Assembly (NCBI GenBank): GCA_012295275.1
Contig: CM022672.1
Location: 7,812,001 to 7,876,000, forward strand
Source: Chrysomallon squamiferum
Lineage: Eukaryota; Animalia; Mollusca
DNA: 64,000 nt
Direction: 5' to 3'
Both the position numbers and the translations under genes were made by a program. Under the pieces are notes generated by a model that worked only from the letters and a program-made list of their open reading frames with translations, did not search any database and was not told where the DNA came from. Shown here in pieces: positions 51,104-64,000 of this stretch. The first letter of the stretch is position 1. The number at the start of each line of letters is the position of its first letter.

Positions 51104-54100
51104 GTAACAATAAAAATAAAAATAAAAATAAACAAAAACACACCATCTATCCAAGCTACTGAAATTATTTTGTTTTCCTATAATAATCAATTAATCTTTA
51201 TTATTGGAATTGGCCAAATAAATAAGGATTTCTATTTTGTTATTAAATGTTTGAATATCTACCAATGATTACATTTTTTTAAGTTCAAACTGACCAGTGT
51301 AATTTAATACCTCTTTAAACAAAAAACGTGATGGGTAAAAAAGAGAATATAAAATGTACAAACCTGTTCATCACTTGTTAATTTCTTGTAATCAGAACAA
51401 GCCTGCCAGAAAATAATATTTTCTTCACTGAATTCCTTCTTTAGAAATTCCTTTATAAATAAATTAAAAATGTTTTTAACAACAATTACAGATATATATT
51501 AATAACCACTTCACATAAAAAATTAAAAAAAAAAAAAAATAAATAAATAAATACAAATAAAAATTAAATTAAAACTGAATAAACCACAAAACAATAACAT
51601 GAGTAAATAAATATTTGAATCCTGATACATTTAACTTTGGTGAAATTAAGCATTTATTATTAATAAATAAAAAAATTCCCCTTCTTGTTCATTATTATTA
51701 TTCTTGTTGGTGGAATTTTGTTTCTTTTCATCTTTTAAAAAAAATATATACATATATATATATAATTTTTTTAAGTTAGATGAAATCAAGTTTAACATAC
51801 TGTGAACACTGCAACACCTCCGAAGTCACTGAGAAGTTTGTCGAAGTTGACAGCCCAGCCTGCCACTCTGCCAACTTCTCGTTTCTCATCTCTGATGTGA
51901 CCGCCGATGTTGTTCACACTTGTAGCATTGATCAACTTTGATGTCACATCCGGCTCAATCAACGACTGCAAATACACAACAATAAAAACATTTTAAAATA
52001 TTTTTAATTAAAAATTTAAATGAATGTGTGATAATTATTTCGGTCAAACTGAAATAAAAGAAAGAAAAAAACAACAATTTAATAGTCCTGACAACAGCAA
52101 AGTATCCAGTTGTAATGAAAACAAATGAAGAATAATGACTGAAGAAACGTACAGCAACACATACCTGTCTGTGGGCTAGTAAAACATCGGTGGTTGGAAT
52201 ATGACTGTGATTAATATCATTAGCACCAGATGAAAACAATTCCTGTCGCAATATCTTCATACATATCATTATTTCAATAAATTAAAAACACGCAGCAATC
52301 CAAGCAGTTACTTTAAACACTGAAAATAACTGCTTCATTAAATCCAATTTTTCATTCAGTGGATAAAAACATGAGTCCAATCAAATATCTTGATATCGAA
52401 ATTAAATCCTACTGACGTAAAAACAATATCACTTGTAGATTTTCCATTCTTCATAAATGTTTAATTATTAATTTTACATGGTATACTCAAAAACATCTGT
52501 ATTTCCCAGTTCAAGACTTGGTTTCTTCAAGTGTCCTATGTGTAATGTAACTTAATTAATTGTGGAAATATCTTTTCAGACCCCACCCAGAATCAGATCC
52601 CCTGTGTTTATCACAATACACAGTCAGTGTATTAACATGGAGACATGTGGCAGAACTGAGCTCCAATGAAGCCTGTAGAACAGCCATACACACAGGTCTT
52701 TCATAAGCAAACGAATCCATTAGCTTTTTAAGATGGGATTAGAGATAACATTTATAAACCCTGCCGCAGATTGGCTTTCCCTTTGGATCTGAGTTAGTCA
52801 CATGTGACAAGGTAAACCTATTACCTGAGTTCAGTCAGCTACTAAGTTTCATATTGAATCAAGTTACGAAAACACTAAGCTAGCCAACATTCAATTGTGC
52901 AAAACGAGACTGTTTCTTCATTATCTTGATCTGCCGACACAATTAAAACTGTGCTTCAGTTTTCAGCTGGATTAGTCTCCCAGGTGTCCAGATATTTCAC
53001 ATAGTCTTCCAGTTTCAATGACTGGGTTATCTCTCTGTCTGGTCATCAACTGGTAATTCATAATTTCTCATCAAACAGTGTTTACTAACATAATCAGTGC
53101 TGAACATGATATGTGTTATGATGTGTAAAATCATTGGGTTCTAATCTTCTCAACACACACTGTCTATCATTATTTAGATATTATTATTATTCACTAATAC
53201 ACATGATAGTCAGAAACTATAATTATAAAAATTAATGAGTTCTATTTAAAAAAAGATTTAAAAAAAAAAAGATAGTTATGTAATTAAGAATTATGTATCA
53301 GCTTTCAAAAATATACATTTTTCTAAATGACATACTAACATTAAAAATATATATTTATAATAAGATAATAAATTACATTTTTTCTAAGATCTGCTGAATG
53401 AAGTGAAATTAGAGAGCAGTAGTAACAAGATGGAGGCCATGATATTCTTCCTCGGAAACCAGGAAAAGAACTCTGAAGTAGAAAGAGTTCTGATTTCTGA
53501 ATGAACTCTGATGTATCTTCTGGCATGTTCTAAATTTACTTAAAACCACTCTAGAACATTTAGTCTGTGTGACATGACCAACAGGGAACTGAAGTGACCC
53601 CTGACAGTGTTGAATGTTTACAGCAAACAAACAAGAGTTCACACGTTAACACACTGATCAGCTACATTGTGATTTATTTTTCAATAGTAAACTAATTAGA
53701 CAAGCTGGCTGGGTGACAAAGAAGTGATTAGGTGACAAGTATTCACCAAACATCACACCTGCCAATCATAATTCATCATGTCTGGACAGAATCATTTAAA
53801 AAAAAATTCATACATAAATAATTTCAGAACCACAGTTATGCACTTTAGTGTAAAGTTACCTGTATTTTGTTATTAATAAATATATATTATAATTTTTGAT
53901 TTTTTGTCCTTTCAAACAATATAATCTAATAGTATAATGATAAGGAAGGTTTTTATACAGACTGAGCCTCTAGACCAATCCTACACGTTACATAACCTGA
54001 AATACTGTTTACAAATATATAATCTACAACAGATTTATGCTAAATTATTATGTAATTAAGTAGATTTCTCATTATGCCAGTTAGAGTACTTGCCTTTGCT

Positions 54101-57100
54101 TTAGATTCTATTTTTCTCAAACACTTGTATTAAATATGTTTTTAGGAAAATTACACTATATAAAAAAAATTAATAATAATAATAAAACAAAAATAATAAC
54201 TACAATGTCTTTAAACAAAAAATATATTACTAATAAAGATCTGCTGTTTACTCACAGTTAATTTATTTTTATTAATAGGTCATGAGGTGTTATTGTTTTG
54301 TTGTGTTAAAATATTTTCTGATTATTCTGCATGATCTTCTTTATGATAACTGTATAATATTAAACTTGGTGCTTGAACAATAAGTCTGGTATCACATGCA
54401 TTTATTCCTGAGTAATTGTTATTATTTTGGTTGTCAGATCTGTTTTCACTTATTTTGTTTACTGTTATTTGCCAAACTCTTCTTTATGACAACTGAGTAC
54501 TGCATTAATGTGGATTAAGCAGTTAATACTACTTCTGCCAAACAAACTATACCCAGAAATATATTTTAAATAAATAAAAAATTAAATAAATAATTAAATA
54601 AATATATGTATATATATGTATATATATATATATAAATTTATAAATTTTGAAACATTTTGAAAATAAAATATAAATAATAAAAGAAACTGAAAGAAATAAA
54701 ACAAATATAAAAAAATAATGAAATAATTAATGGTTGTTAATAAAATACATAGCATATTATTATTCTGGTTACAGTGTAGCAAAATCATAAAATGCAACAC
54801 ATTTTTTTCTTTTAGTACATTTAGTTTATCCTATTCATGAACATTAAAGTAAAAAAATATATATACCAGATATTTATCTTATTGACTATAAATATATTTT
54901 TTTTAAAAGGTGGTGGTGAGAGGAGAAATAAAATTAACTTTCATACATTTTGCATTCCACATTGTTCTGAAATAACTAAAATATAATTTCCAAAACTAAT
55001 ACATAATACGAGGTATGAAGAAAATAATGTTGTAGATTTTGTATTTTATTACAAATGGCTTCTGAACAGTTATGTCTATTAGCATACAGTCAATTTTCAG
55101 ACTAGATATTAATTTGCTAAGTCTCTAAATTTTAAGTTTTAGTTCAAGTTGCATTTCAATATATATCTTACTTTACTAACCTCAATCGTCATTTCACAAC
55201 AAAACTGTTACCTGGTTTACCTTTAAAACGACCTGAATAAATTACATATGTTTTACCTTACAGTTCTTCTTAATTAAATTAATCCTCTGTAATCTACAAA
55301 CAATTAATCCATTATGCTAATGGTCTAATTGTACTGTTTATTTTGTGTAGATTCTACTGTTAACCACACGCATGATGCTTAACACTAGTTCTGTGTTTTA
55401 GTATTTCTCTCTGACAATGTACAGCTGTGCAGGGTGTGAAGGCCCAGGGTGGGGGTCACAATGGTAAAGCCGATGAGATAATAGAAATGAGATGAGAGAA
55501 AAGACGAACAACAGTGCATGCTGTTGCCAAAGAAAACATCAGCACTTCAAAAGAGGTTTAAAAATAAGCAAGAAGAAAATGGTGTCACCTGTTTGTGTTA
55601 CTATTTAAAGTTACCTGTACTCACAACATAAAAATGTACACGTTCATAAATAACAATTCACTGGAGTTATATTATATTAAAATATTTATTTATTTATTTA
55701 TTTAAAAGCATCCTGATAAACCTGAATAATCACAAGTATGATTATTAAAGAAATAAAATTATTTTAATACAAAGACTTTGCTTTCCTATATAACTTAGTA
55801 AAAGTGAAACTCCAGTCATTAATAAGTAGGATTACAAGAGTAGATTATTAAAACAATATGTTGTACATTTTTTGAAAATTAAAGATTAAAAAAAATAATA
55901 ATAAATACATAAATAAAAAGTTAAAAATATGTAGTACAAATTTTATTTATATTAATTCTTTTAAATTTTTTTTTCCCCCATTTTATTATTTATTAATATT
56001 ATTATTTTAAATCAGAAGATTAAGATATTTTGTAATATTGGTAACAATGGTACTGCATATGACTTTTGGAAGGTAAAGGGAAAAAAGGAAAGCAAAAAGA
56101 AAATAATAACTTTTGTGTTATTATTTATCTGATAGATGGAGAAAGTAAAAATATTATTTTCAAATACTTACATGATGCATGTCAATAGTGTAATCCATAA
56201 ATGAGTATCCAAAAGGGTGAACAGAACGAGATTTCTTATGAATGTGACCAGATCGTGATCGATGATGTCTTTTCTTTTTGTAAACCTGATCATATCCATA
56301 GGACTGATTCATGGAGAAGTTCATCTGAAAGCTTACATCAAGCACCATTCTGACAGAATTTATTTTATCCTGAGTCTTAAACTACTGACTAATTTGCACA
56401 GTGGAACAATTCAGCAAGCCAGAGTGTGAAAAATAAATAAGAGTTGATGTTGGTGGCTGTGATAAACACACTGACCACACTGCTGCTGTACTCTTTACTT
56501 ATAATACAAGATGAACTTCAGAAGCTGGTCTATAACTGTCACAGCCTGATTGAAACCTGTGGCAGTTTTGTTCCAGTCAGTTAGATAAAACAATCCACCT
56601 GCCAAACCTAACCAGCCAATGAACTTCACCTGTTGAGGACACACCCTACAGAACTATTAACAAGGTTTGTTTTCATTGAGCCACATCAAAGGGAGTGGCC
56701 TCCTGCAGACCGGAGGGGCCAGCCTCTGATTGGCTGACAGCATCAGTGGGTGGATGATTGAACTGGGCTGGGATAATTGGTTTAAGAAAACATGATTGAC
56801 CCTAATTGCTGATTTCTCTCAGGTAATTACACTGCAGGTCAATAGCTAATCATAGCAGATGTAAGATTTTAATTTTCTTTTCATGCAGACTTAACTTGTA
56901 GGTTGTGCTGTGATATTAATGTTTATCACAAGTTGATGATGTACTGTTACAAACAGTTACTCTCCCTCTCAAAGATAACCACATTCTAAACATTATAAAA
57001 CTGATTGCCATTTCTTCTATTTAATTGATACAAAATAACTTTTCTCACTAATTTATTAATAATGTTTTATTTTAATTTTTTTTACATTTTCACTGGTTGA

Positions 57101-58072
57101 AAAAGAAGTTAAAGAGAAAAGACTTAAAGTTGCTCTGTCCATATAATACAGAGACACTTTAAAAATAAATATGTGTGCAATGTTTAATTATATAAAATAT
57201 TTAACACAGCCTTCCAGTTTTTCTGTCAATAGTTGACATGGTAAGTATTCAGACATAAAAATAAAACACCAGTAAACAATAATAAACTTTGCTTTGTTCA
57301 TATCAAAAATTGGTAATCAAACTGCCCAAGGATTAATAATCTTATTCTTAAATTATTATTATATTTTTATGTGTTAGAGAAAGTTGCCAAGGTTCATAAA
57401 TCATATATTCACATAAATCTTTTTATTACCAACATAAAAATTCACACTTCCAAACAAAAGATCCACATTTGACAAAACTAAGACTTCACTTTGCCATTTT
57501 AATCAATGTAAGATTACTAGGTTTTGTAATTATTTGTTCAAATCTAAAAATGACTAATGTACAACAAATGATTATTATAATAAAACCTTTGCATTATTAT
57601 AATAAAACATTCTAGCAGTGACAACAACAACAACAACAACAAACAAAAAAAAGAAGAATATTTTATGATAAAATAAGTGGTAAAATTACTTTCAGTAATG
57701 TCTTTTTGATCTTTTAACAGCAAATAACCATGCCTATCAGATTTTTTGTTCACATTCACAAATAAATAAAAAGCTAAAAATATGTGGTACAAAGATAAAA
57801 ATTTAACATCATACAAGTTATAATAACAGTTTGAGAAAGTACTGCACTAATCAACAAAAGTTCAGTTTCTTCTTTTTAAACAATTCTTTACACTGACATA
57901 TAACAATGATTGGTTTAAATTTTTTTGACTATATATTTTAAAACTATTTATTTATTTATTTATTTTATTATATTATATTATTTTAATTTTTGTTATTATT
58001 TTATAATTTATACTCTCCTAATGGACACTGAATAACAGCAAATAATACAAAATTTCTTTATACATTCAAAAT

Positions 58073-58103
<31 letters not shown>

Positions 58104-59575
58104 TCTGGGTATATAAAAACTTTAGTCAAATTACCATGCCAGGTGTTATTTATTTACTGTTATACATTTCATTTATTGTAACATGGAGTCAGATAAAATA
58201 AATACAACTCATGATCTTTGTTCTCTGAATATTTCTTTTAATTTAAAACTTTTCAAGGAATGCTCCAAAATAGTGAAAGTAATTAAAATTTAAGCTACAG
58301 AATTAGTAATATTTAAAAAAACAAACCAAAGAAGAGATTAACCCATGTTCAGAAGTCAATTACCAGGGCAGCCATACATTATAAGTTATTACTACTACAG
58401 TTGGCAGTTGTTTATTTTTACTATTACTACATCTGAGACTGTCTGCTGCAAAAACATTTTGTCTAGGTACAAAATTGTATGCCAGTGTTCATTTTTCTCT
58501 TTAATGGCTGGTAACAACATCATATCTCTGATCAATGGTTCCAAGCCAGGCTCCAGCATGTATGTGTTAAAACAACAACAGATGAAAATACTGTTTGATG
58601 TACAGCTGATTGTTTTAATTTGTTTGTTTAGATTGAGAGAATGTTAAGTCTAATATGAAAACTGCATGGCTGCAATGAAAACATATTAACAAACCATCTT
58701 CTTAAATGTTTTGAGAAAACTGATTATTTTTTTTAACTTAAAAGAATATTAATCTAAGATTAAAACTGTAATAAATACAGACTTACAAACCATCTTTTTT
58801 AATGTTTTCAAAAACAACTGATTCTTTTAACTTGTTTACTTAGATTAACAACTTATTAATCTAGGATTAAAATTGCATGGCTGCAAACATAACATCTTTT
58901 TAATGTTTTGATACAATTCATGTTTGTATGGGATTAATAATGGCTGCAGTTTTAGCCTTACAGACAGAAGGGTAGCCAAGAAGGTTGATAGTTGTTTTAT
59001 GTCCCTAACCCAAACAGTAAAGATTAATATATAAATTATAATTATTTAAACTAATTACACAAATTTGTTGCTCTGTTTTTATAGCAAATAAAATTGTAAA
59101 ATGTTATATACTGAGAGAACAAAATGAGATATAAAGAAATTGCAAGACAGAGAAAAGTAGGAAGAAAGAAAATGGGAGATGGAGAGGAGAAATAGAAAGA
59201 AAAGAGAGAGAGATTTGATTAATGAGAAATTACTTGTCACTGATTCATATAATTTAAGTTTAGCCAGCAATTCTGAATACACCCATACGTGACAAATTCC
59301 TATTTGCTACACAAACTTATATGCACACAAACATAAATACAAAATATATGCACACATGTATGGATTCTTAACTTTATTTTGTGTGTGTGTGTGTATGTAA
59401 GTATGTAAATATATGTGCATGTGCATGTATTATACTTAATAAGATCTGAAAAAAGGAATCTTACTTCATGTGACTGGCTTACTGCTGACTGCTGTATTTT
59501 CATGTTGCCCTGTCTGAATGAGCCTCGCTTGCTCCACTTCTGTACAGCTTCTAAGTCAGTTTTTTCTTTTTCTCG
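40995..59575 (-). CDS. RGS12: RGS12/RGS14/loco-family regulator of G-protein signalling, 5'-partial; exons 59465-59575, 51801-51965, 51364-51450, 50294-50440, 49772-49915, 48776-48833, 48301-48464, 47820-47999, 47209-47406, 46676-46766, 43705-43931, 42312-42462, 40995-41986
   Basis: RGS domain ([47 protein letters not shown]); tandem RBDs ([13 protein letters not shown]...PGQSIR; [17 protein letters not shown]); GoLoco motif ([20 protein letters not shown]); C-terminus VTFV*. All junction phases are consistent. Exon 59465-59575 is an internal phase 0-0 exon, so the gene continues beyond the window. Confidence 0.92.
46500..46650. repeat. Degenerate short-unit (ACTGTAAA-like) tandem repeat in an RGS intron
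   Basis: Recurrent ACTG(T/C)A(A/C)A units every ~9-11 bp. Confidence 0.6.
49444..49540. repeat. 27-bp minisatellite, ~3.5 copies
   Basis: Repeated GAACATTTCAGACCAACAATCCTTGAA. Confidence 0.9.
52165..52269 (-). CDS. Candidate alternative first coding exon of the RGS gene (35 aa)
   Basis: ATG-initiated MICMKILRQ...LAHRQ ending at the phase-0 donor CAG|GTATG, compatible with exon 51965. Confidence 0.5.
53377..53526 (-). CDS. Candidate alternative first coding exon of the RGS gene (50 aa)
   Basis: MPEDTSEF...DLRKN ending at the phase-0 donor AAT|GTAATT; upstream CCAAT near 53762. Confidence 0.35.
56172..56348 (-). CDS. Alternative first coding exon of the RGS gene (59 aa, basic/His-rich)
   Basis: MVLDVSFQ...[18 protein letters not shown]...DMHH ending at the phase-0 donor CAT|GTAAGT. 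The GC-richer upstream region has CCAAT boxes (~56616, ~56729). Confidence 0.65.
58640..58912. repeat. Degenerate ~105-bp tandem triplication
   Basis: Recurrent AAACTGCATGGCTGCA, ACAAACCATCTT..AATGTTTT and ATTAATCTA.GATTAAAA blocks. Confidence 0.7.
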
Positions 59576-62500
59576 CTGAAAAACATCATTATTTTAACAA
59601 TTAGTTACTTCATCAAAATCTGTGGTTCTAAAAATTTATCTCATAAAAACCAACTGAAGTAAAAAAAAAAAAATTTTAAATTAAGAAAAAGGAAACATCT
59701 TTTCAAAATTATAAATCTGTTGAAAAATAAAATAAAATAAAATAAAATGGCAGAAATTTACAAACAGTAGTTGCTGTTATCCAAAAAAAAAGAAAAAAAA
59801 GAAAAGAAAAAAAGGCAATATTTTGACACTTGCTGACACACAGGATTTCCCCACTTTTAGCCACTTTAAAAAAAAACAACATGAACTGAATGTTTAGCAA
59901 CTAGGATTATATACACTGAGATTTTCTTCTTAAAAAAAACCCCAAAGCCATAAAACATTTTTAGAAATGTGTATTTGCACCCTGTGTGTTAGCTGTTTCT
60001 AATGTTTAAATCGTTCTGGGAAAAAAAATTACCCATTAAGTCAGGTCAGAACCATACTCATATACATTACAGTTTGTTAATGTTTGGTTTTGTCACCCAC
60101 TGGAGAACAGGGACAATAAAGTAATTCAGATTTGAAAATAGTTTCATTTATTTCATAAAAGATCCATATATATGCATATTGGAACTCTGTGAAACGTGAC
60201 TGAAAAAGTGAAATCAATTTTGAAATTTCTGAACATTTCATTGAAATGAGCTGGATGAGTATTGTTCTCTTTGGGTTTTTTCACTGCCTCTTCTAATGCA
60301 AACTGCTTTTCCTTGGCAAAATCTCAAAACTTTTCTCTGGCAACAATTTCAATCAATATTTTACTTAGATATGCGATATGAAATAGAATTTTTGTTATTA
60401 AAACTCTAAAATATATAGATTGTGTGTGTGTGTTTGTGCACATGCATTTCTGTGTATGTATAATTTGTGCAATGGCATTAATAATGAATAAAATGTTAAA
60501 ATTTATAGAGAGATATCTATAATATTTTCCTTTCAAAACACATTGTATTACCTATTATAAAATGGAAATCTAACTGTATAAGCTATAAAAAACCAACAAC
60601 AAAACAACAACAATGCTGGAATACACTGAGGTGGAAAAAGAAACATTTTCTAAGAATATTTAAAATGGATACATCAAATATTTGCTTTGGAATCCTTTAG
60701 ATTTAAAGAAATTAACACAAGTAACCCTTCAAAAAGCAAGAAATTAAATTAACTTTAAATAGGACTCTTTCCATCAGCAAGAAATATACATTAATTAAAA
60801 AATAAATAAATAAGTAATGTTTAAACTGTGTTCAACTTGGTGAGGTGAACAGTTTGAACTTACCATCATTGATCTTTCTCAGTAATAAATCACTTTAACC
60901 ACAAACAAATAAACAGTCAATATGGTCAAAAATCTTCACATCAAATGACTTTTTCACTGGCAATTATCTAAGTCAAAAAAACAAGTCCTGCAGAACTTGT
61001 TTGGTGAATGAAGCAAATAAAATAACAAAAGGAAAGAACTGCTCAAGTTTGGTTTCATTAAAGCAACATCCTGAGGCAATGCTGAAGCAGAATTCACCAA
61101 CAGACTTAACTATTTAACCAAACATCCTAAACTCTGAAAGCTCTGACAACTGGAAGCCACAACTTTATAGTTACTGACTTTCCATAAAAAGAGAAACTGT
61201 TCGAAAACAAATGAACCGAGGTTTCAGGAAGGTGCAGTGCTATTGGGATGGGAAGAACAACGATCTGAATTTTAGTGTGAGATTAAATTTCAGATAAACA
61301 GACATGACACAATGTGAAACAATTTTCTATGATGCTAATTATTCCTTTCTTCTATGTGTTACATCTTCAAAACAAGGTAAGTACGTACACTGTTCAAAGA
61401 TTAACAAGTACTGCACAGAAGGTAAATTATAATTTCACTGATGATAAAAAACAAAAATGATCACATAACAATAAATTTCAAACTCATTGTAAACGAATTT
61501 CAATTGTTTATTTATTTTTATTTTATTTTATTATCTCCACAAACACACAACGATATGGACAGAATCAGATTATTATATTGAATGTATATGGAAATAAACT
61601 ATTAAAAAAAACTATCATTTAATGAGAATTTGATCTTTCTAATATTTCATTTGTTAAACTAGAAATAGTTTTACACATGTACAGCCTGACTCTTTTGACA
61701 GTTCATCCTGTTTTATTCACAGAAGGAAACTGATTGATAAAGAACATTAATTGACTGAGCAGACGTCTGTACTGAAAGAACATCATTTACTAGACAACTG
61801 AATATTTACCTGTTTGTTGTTAGAGAGAGCAAGAGAGCGAGAGAGAGAAAGTGAGAGAAAGAGAGAGAGAATTATAAATAAATTTTAAAAAGGGCTGCAA
61901 CCAAGCTATCACCTCAAATATTAATTCTGTTTCAGTTTCATGTTGAGAAGTTGAAATTACATGGGGTGTTTTACGTAATATTTAAACTGAGGGATAAATA
62001 GCAGACAACTGCTGCTAAATATCTAATGTTTTTATGCAGGGAGTAAACAGCCAGTGTCTCCCTCGCAGTCCACACACAAACAACAAGTGTATTGTTAGTC
62101 TGAATACTCCTTGCATTTGACGTTTTGTTAAGCAGATAACTAAAATATCACACCACAGTGAACTGTTCAGAGAAACATCAAGCATTCACCAGTGACATTT
62201 CTCAGAGATGTCAAGCACAAGATTTAATCATTTGTGTTTGATTGTGATGAACTGAAAAGTTCCAAAAACATAAATATATACACTTGACATCCATTTTTTT
62301 TTTTTAATTATTATTTTTTTTTTACCTTTTCTTTTGGGTTTGATTTAATTATTAAAATTTGTTATTATATTTATTAAATTGCCAACAAAAAACAAGTTTC
62401 ACAATGTCAGTTTAAACAGTTGTTTCAAGGAATTTTTTTTTCTTTCGAAATGTCTTTAAATTTCACCTTAAATATGTATGTATTAGCATAGTTATCTAAG

Positions 62501-63474
62501 CAAACAGAAATATTTATTAATTTTTATAATTTTCCATGATTTTGTTGGGGTTTTTTGGATTATCTTTGACATTCAGTACATTTTAGGTCAGTCCACCAAG
62601 TATGAACATTTAGGGATCCTTTCTTTGAAAAATGTGCCTAAAATTATGCATGCATTTCAGAAAACTCCCTTTGCATAATCTACTTTGTACATAACTTGTT
62701 TTTGTTTTTGCTGTTGATTTTTTAATATTTTAATATTTTTTCTTTAGGCAAGACTGATTCAGTTATTTATTTATTTTTAAAGATTCATAGCAAAAGGTAC
62801 AAATCTTGAACTTAAATTATTAAACAAACCCCCCCCCCCAAAACCCAGTAAAGAAAAATGGTGTATTCAGTTATTTAAATCATCCCGACTAAAAATAATT
62901 CTCAGTTAAACTGCACTTATCAAAACATCCATTAAAAATTATTACATTTTAATGCACTGGAAACACATTTCCATACATATCCAGAGTTACATAGTGTCTC
63001 AAAATAAACAGTATTCAGTTTAAGTTTTTACAAACTTATTTTTTCAAACAAGAATAGAGTATAAATGTGACATTCTCCCTGCCAATGGGGTGGGGTGGGG
63101 TGTAATATGTTTTATAGCTGAACAGCTGAGTATCAGTTACAGCTGACAGAAGATTAGGCAATTTGATATTCCTGTGAATGTTTAAAAATTAACAAAGTTT
63201 GTGATATGTGTTATCCTTTCTGTGGAAGTACATATTATAAAGGTAAGTTCATGCTGGTTTTTACTTTTTATTTATTTATTTAAAAAATAAAATGAATAAA
63301 TAAATAAATAAATAAAAATAAATCTGCCCAATATCAAACCCTAAATACTTCATAAAAGCTTTTAACAAAATTATATTTTAATGCTCTTCTTATTTATATT
63401 CTGCATTTATGTCTCAAAGTATGCTATTGTTTATTTATTTAGTTGTTTTAGTTTTATTGTTTTTTATTATTAAC

Positions 63475-63518
63475 ATTATTATTATTATTATTATTATTAT
63501 CATTATTATTATTATTAT
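63475..63518. repeat. (ATT)n microsatellite
   Basis: Read directly from the sequence. Confidence 0.9.
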
Positions 63519-64000
63519 AAGTAATGAAAAAAATAAATAAATAAATAAAAAATAAATAAAAATAACATCTCACTGAACAACAACACAAAAAACAAATAAA
63601 AAAAAAAAAAAAAAAAAGAAAATAACACAAATATAAAGCACAGTCAAGTATTTTAAAAAAAAAGTATGTATGTTGATAGGTGAAAAGTAAGATTTATGTT
63701 TAAATATCACTTACACAGACTTCAAAATAAAACGAGTTTTTGGGGTTTTTTTTATTGCAGACACCCAATACCATTTACTGAAACACTAGATACACGTTTG
63801 GGCTAAATACTACATACTGTGACCAACTTACAACAGAAAAACTTTAGATAGTAAATATATTTATATTTTAAACTTAAAATAAAAATAAAAACTGTAATAA
63901 ATAATAATTTAGTAGCATTATATCTGTATGGTGACTTTTGTTATTTGACACTTCAAATTGTTAACAAGATTTATGATGCAAGCAAAAATAAAATTTTTGA

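Overview
AT-rich, intron-rich animal genomic DNA. Repeat remnants suggest a mollusc, probably a gastropod; this is inference from remembered repeat motifs. Most short ORFs in the track are spurious or are exon fragments. Six protein-coding genes were rebuilt by hand from GT-AG splice sites and reading-frame phase. (1) The 3' end of a C2H2 zinc-finger gene (+, to 2025), with a probably very long 3' UTR. (2) Cyclin J (-, 11229-13822). (3, 4) Two tandem, single-coding-exon Myb/SANT-like trihelix genes (-, 22926-24281 and 26986-28002). They resemble domesticated PIF/Harbinger DNA-binding proteins and share a helical 'MHxxKMxxFSxFL' module present four times. (5) A C2orf42 ortholog (+, 32661-37406). 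(6) An RGS12/RGS14/loco-type gene (-, 40995 to >59575; RGS, 2xRBD, GoLoco, C-terminal PDZ ligand) with several candidate alternative first exons and splicing features. Also present are CpG-retaining promoter islands with YY1, CCAAT, ETS and CTCF-like motifs, an hAT-type MITE with a near-perfect 8-bp TSD, a decayed SINE, and micro/minisatellites. No rRNA, tRNA or CRISPR was seen. The most novel-looking item is the modular Myb/SANT gene pair.
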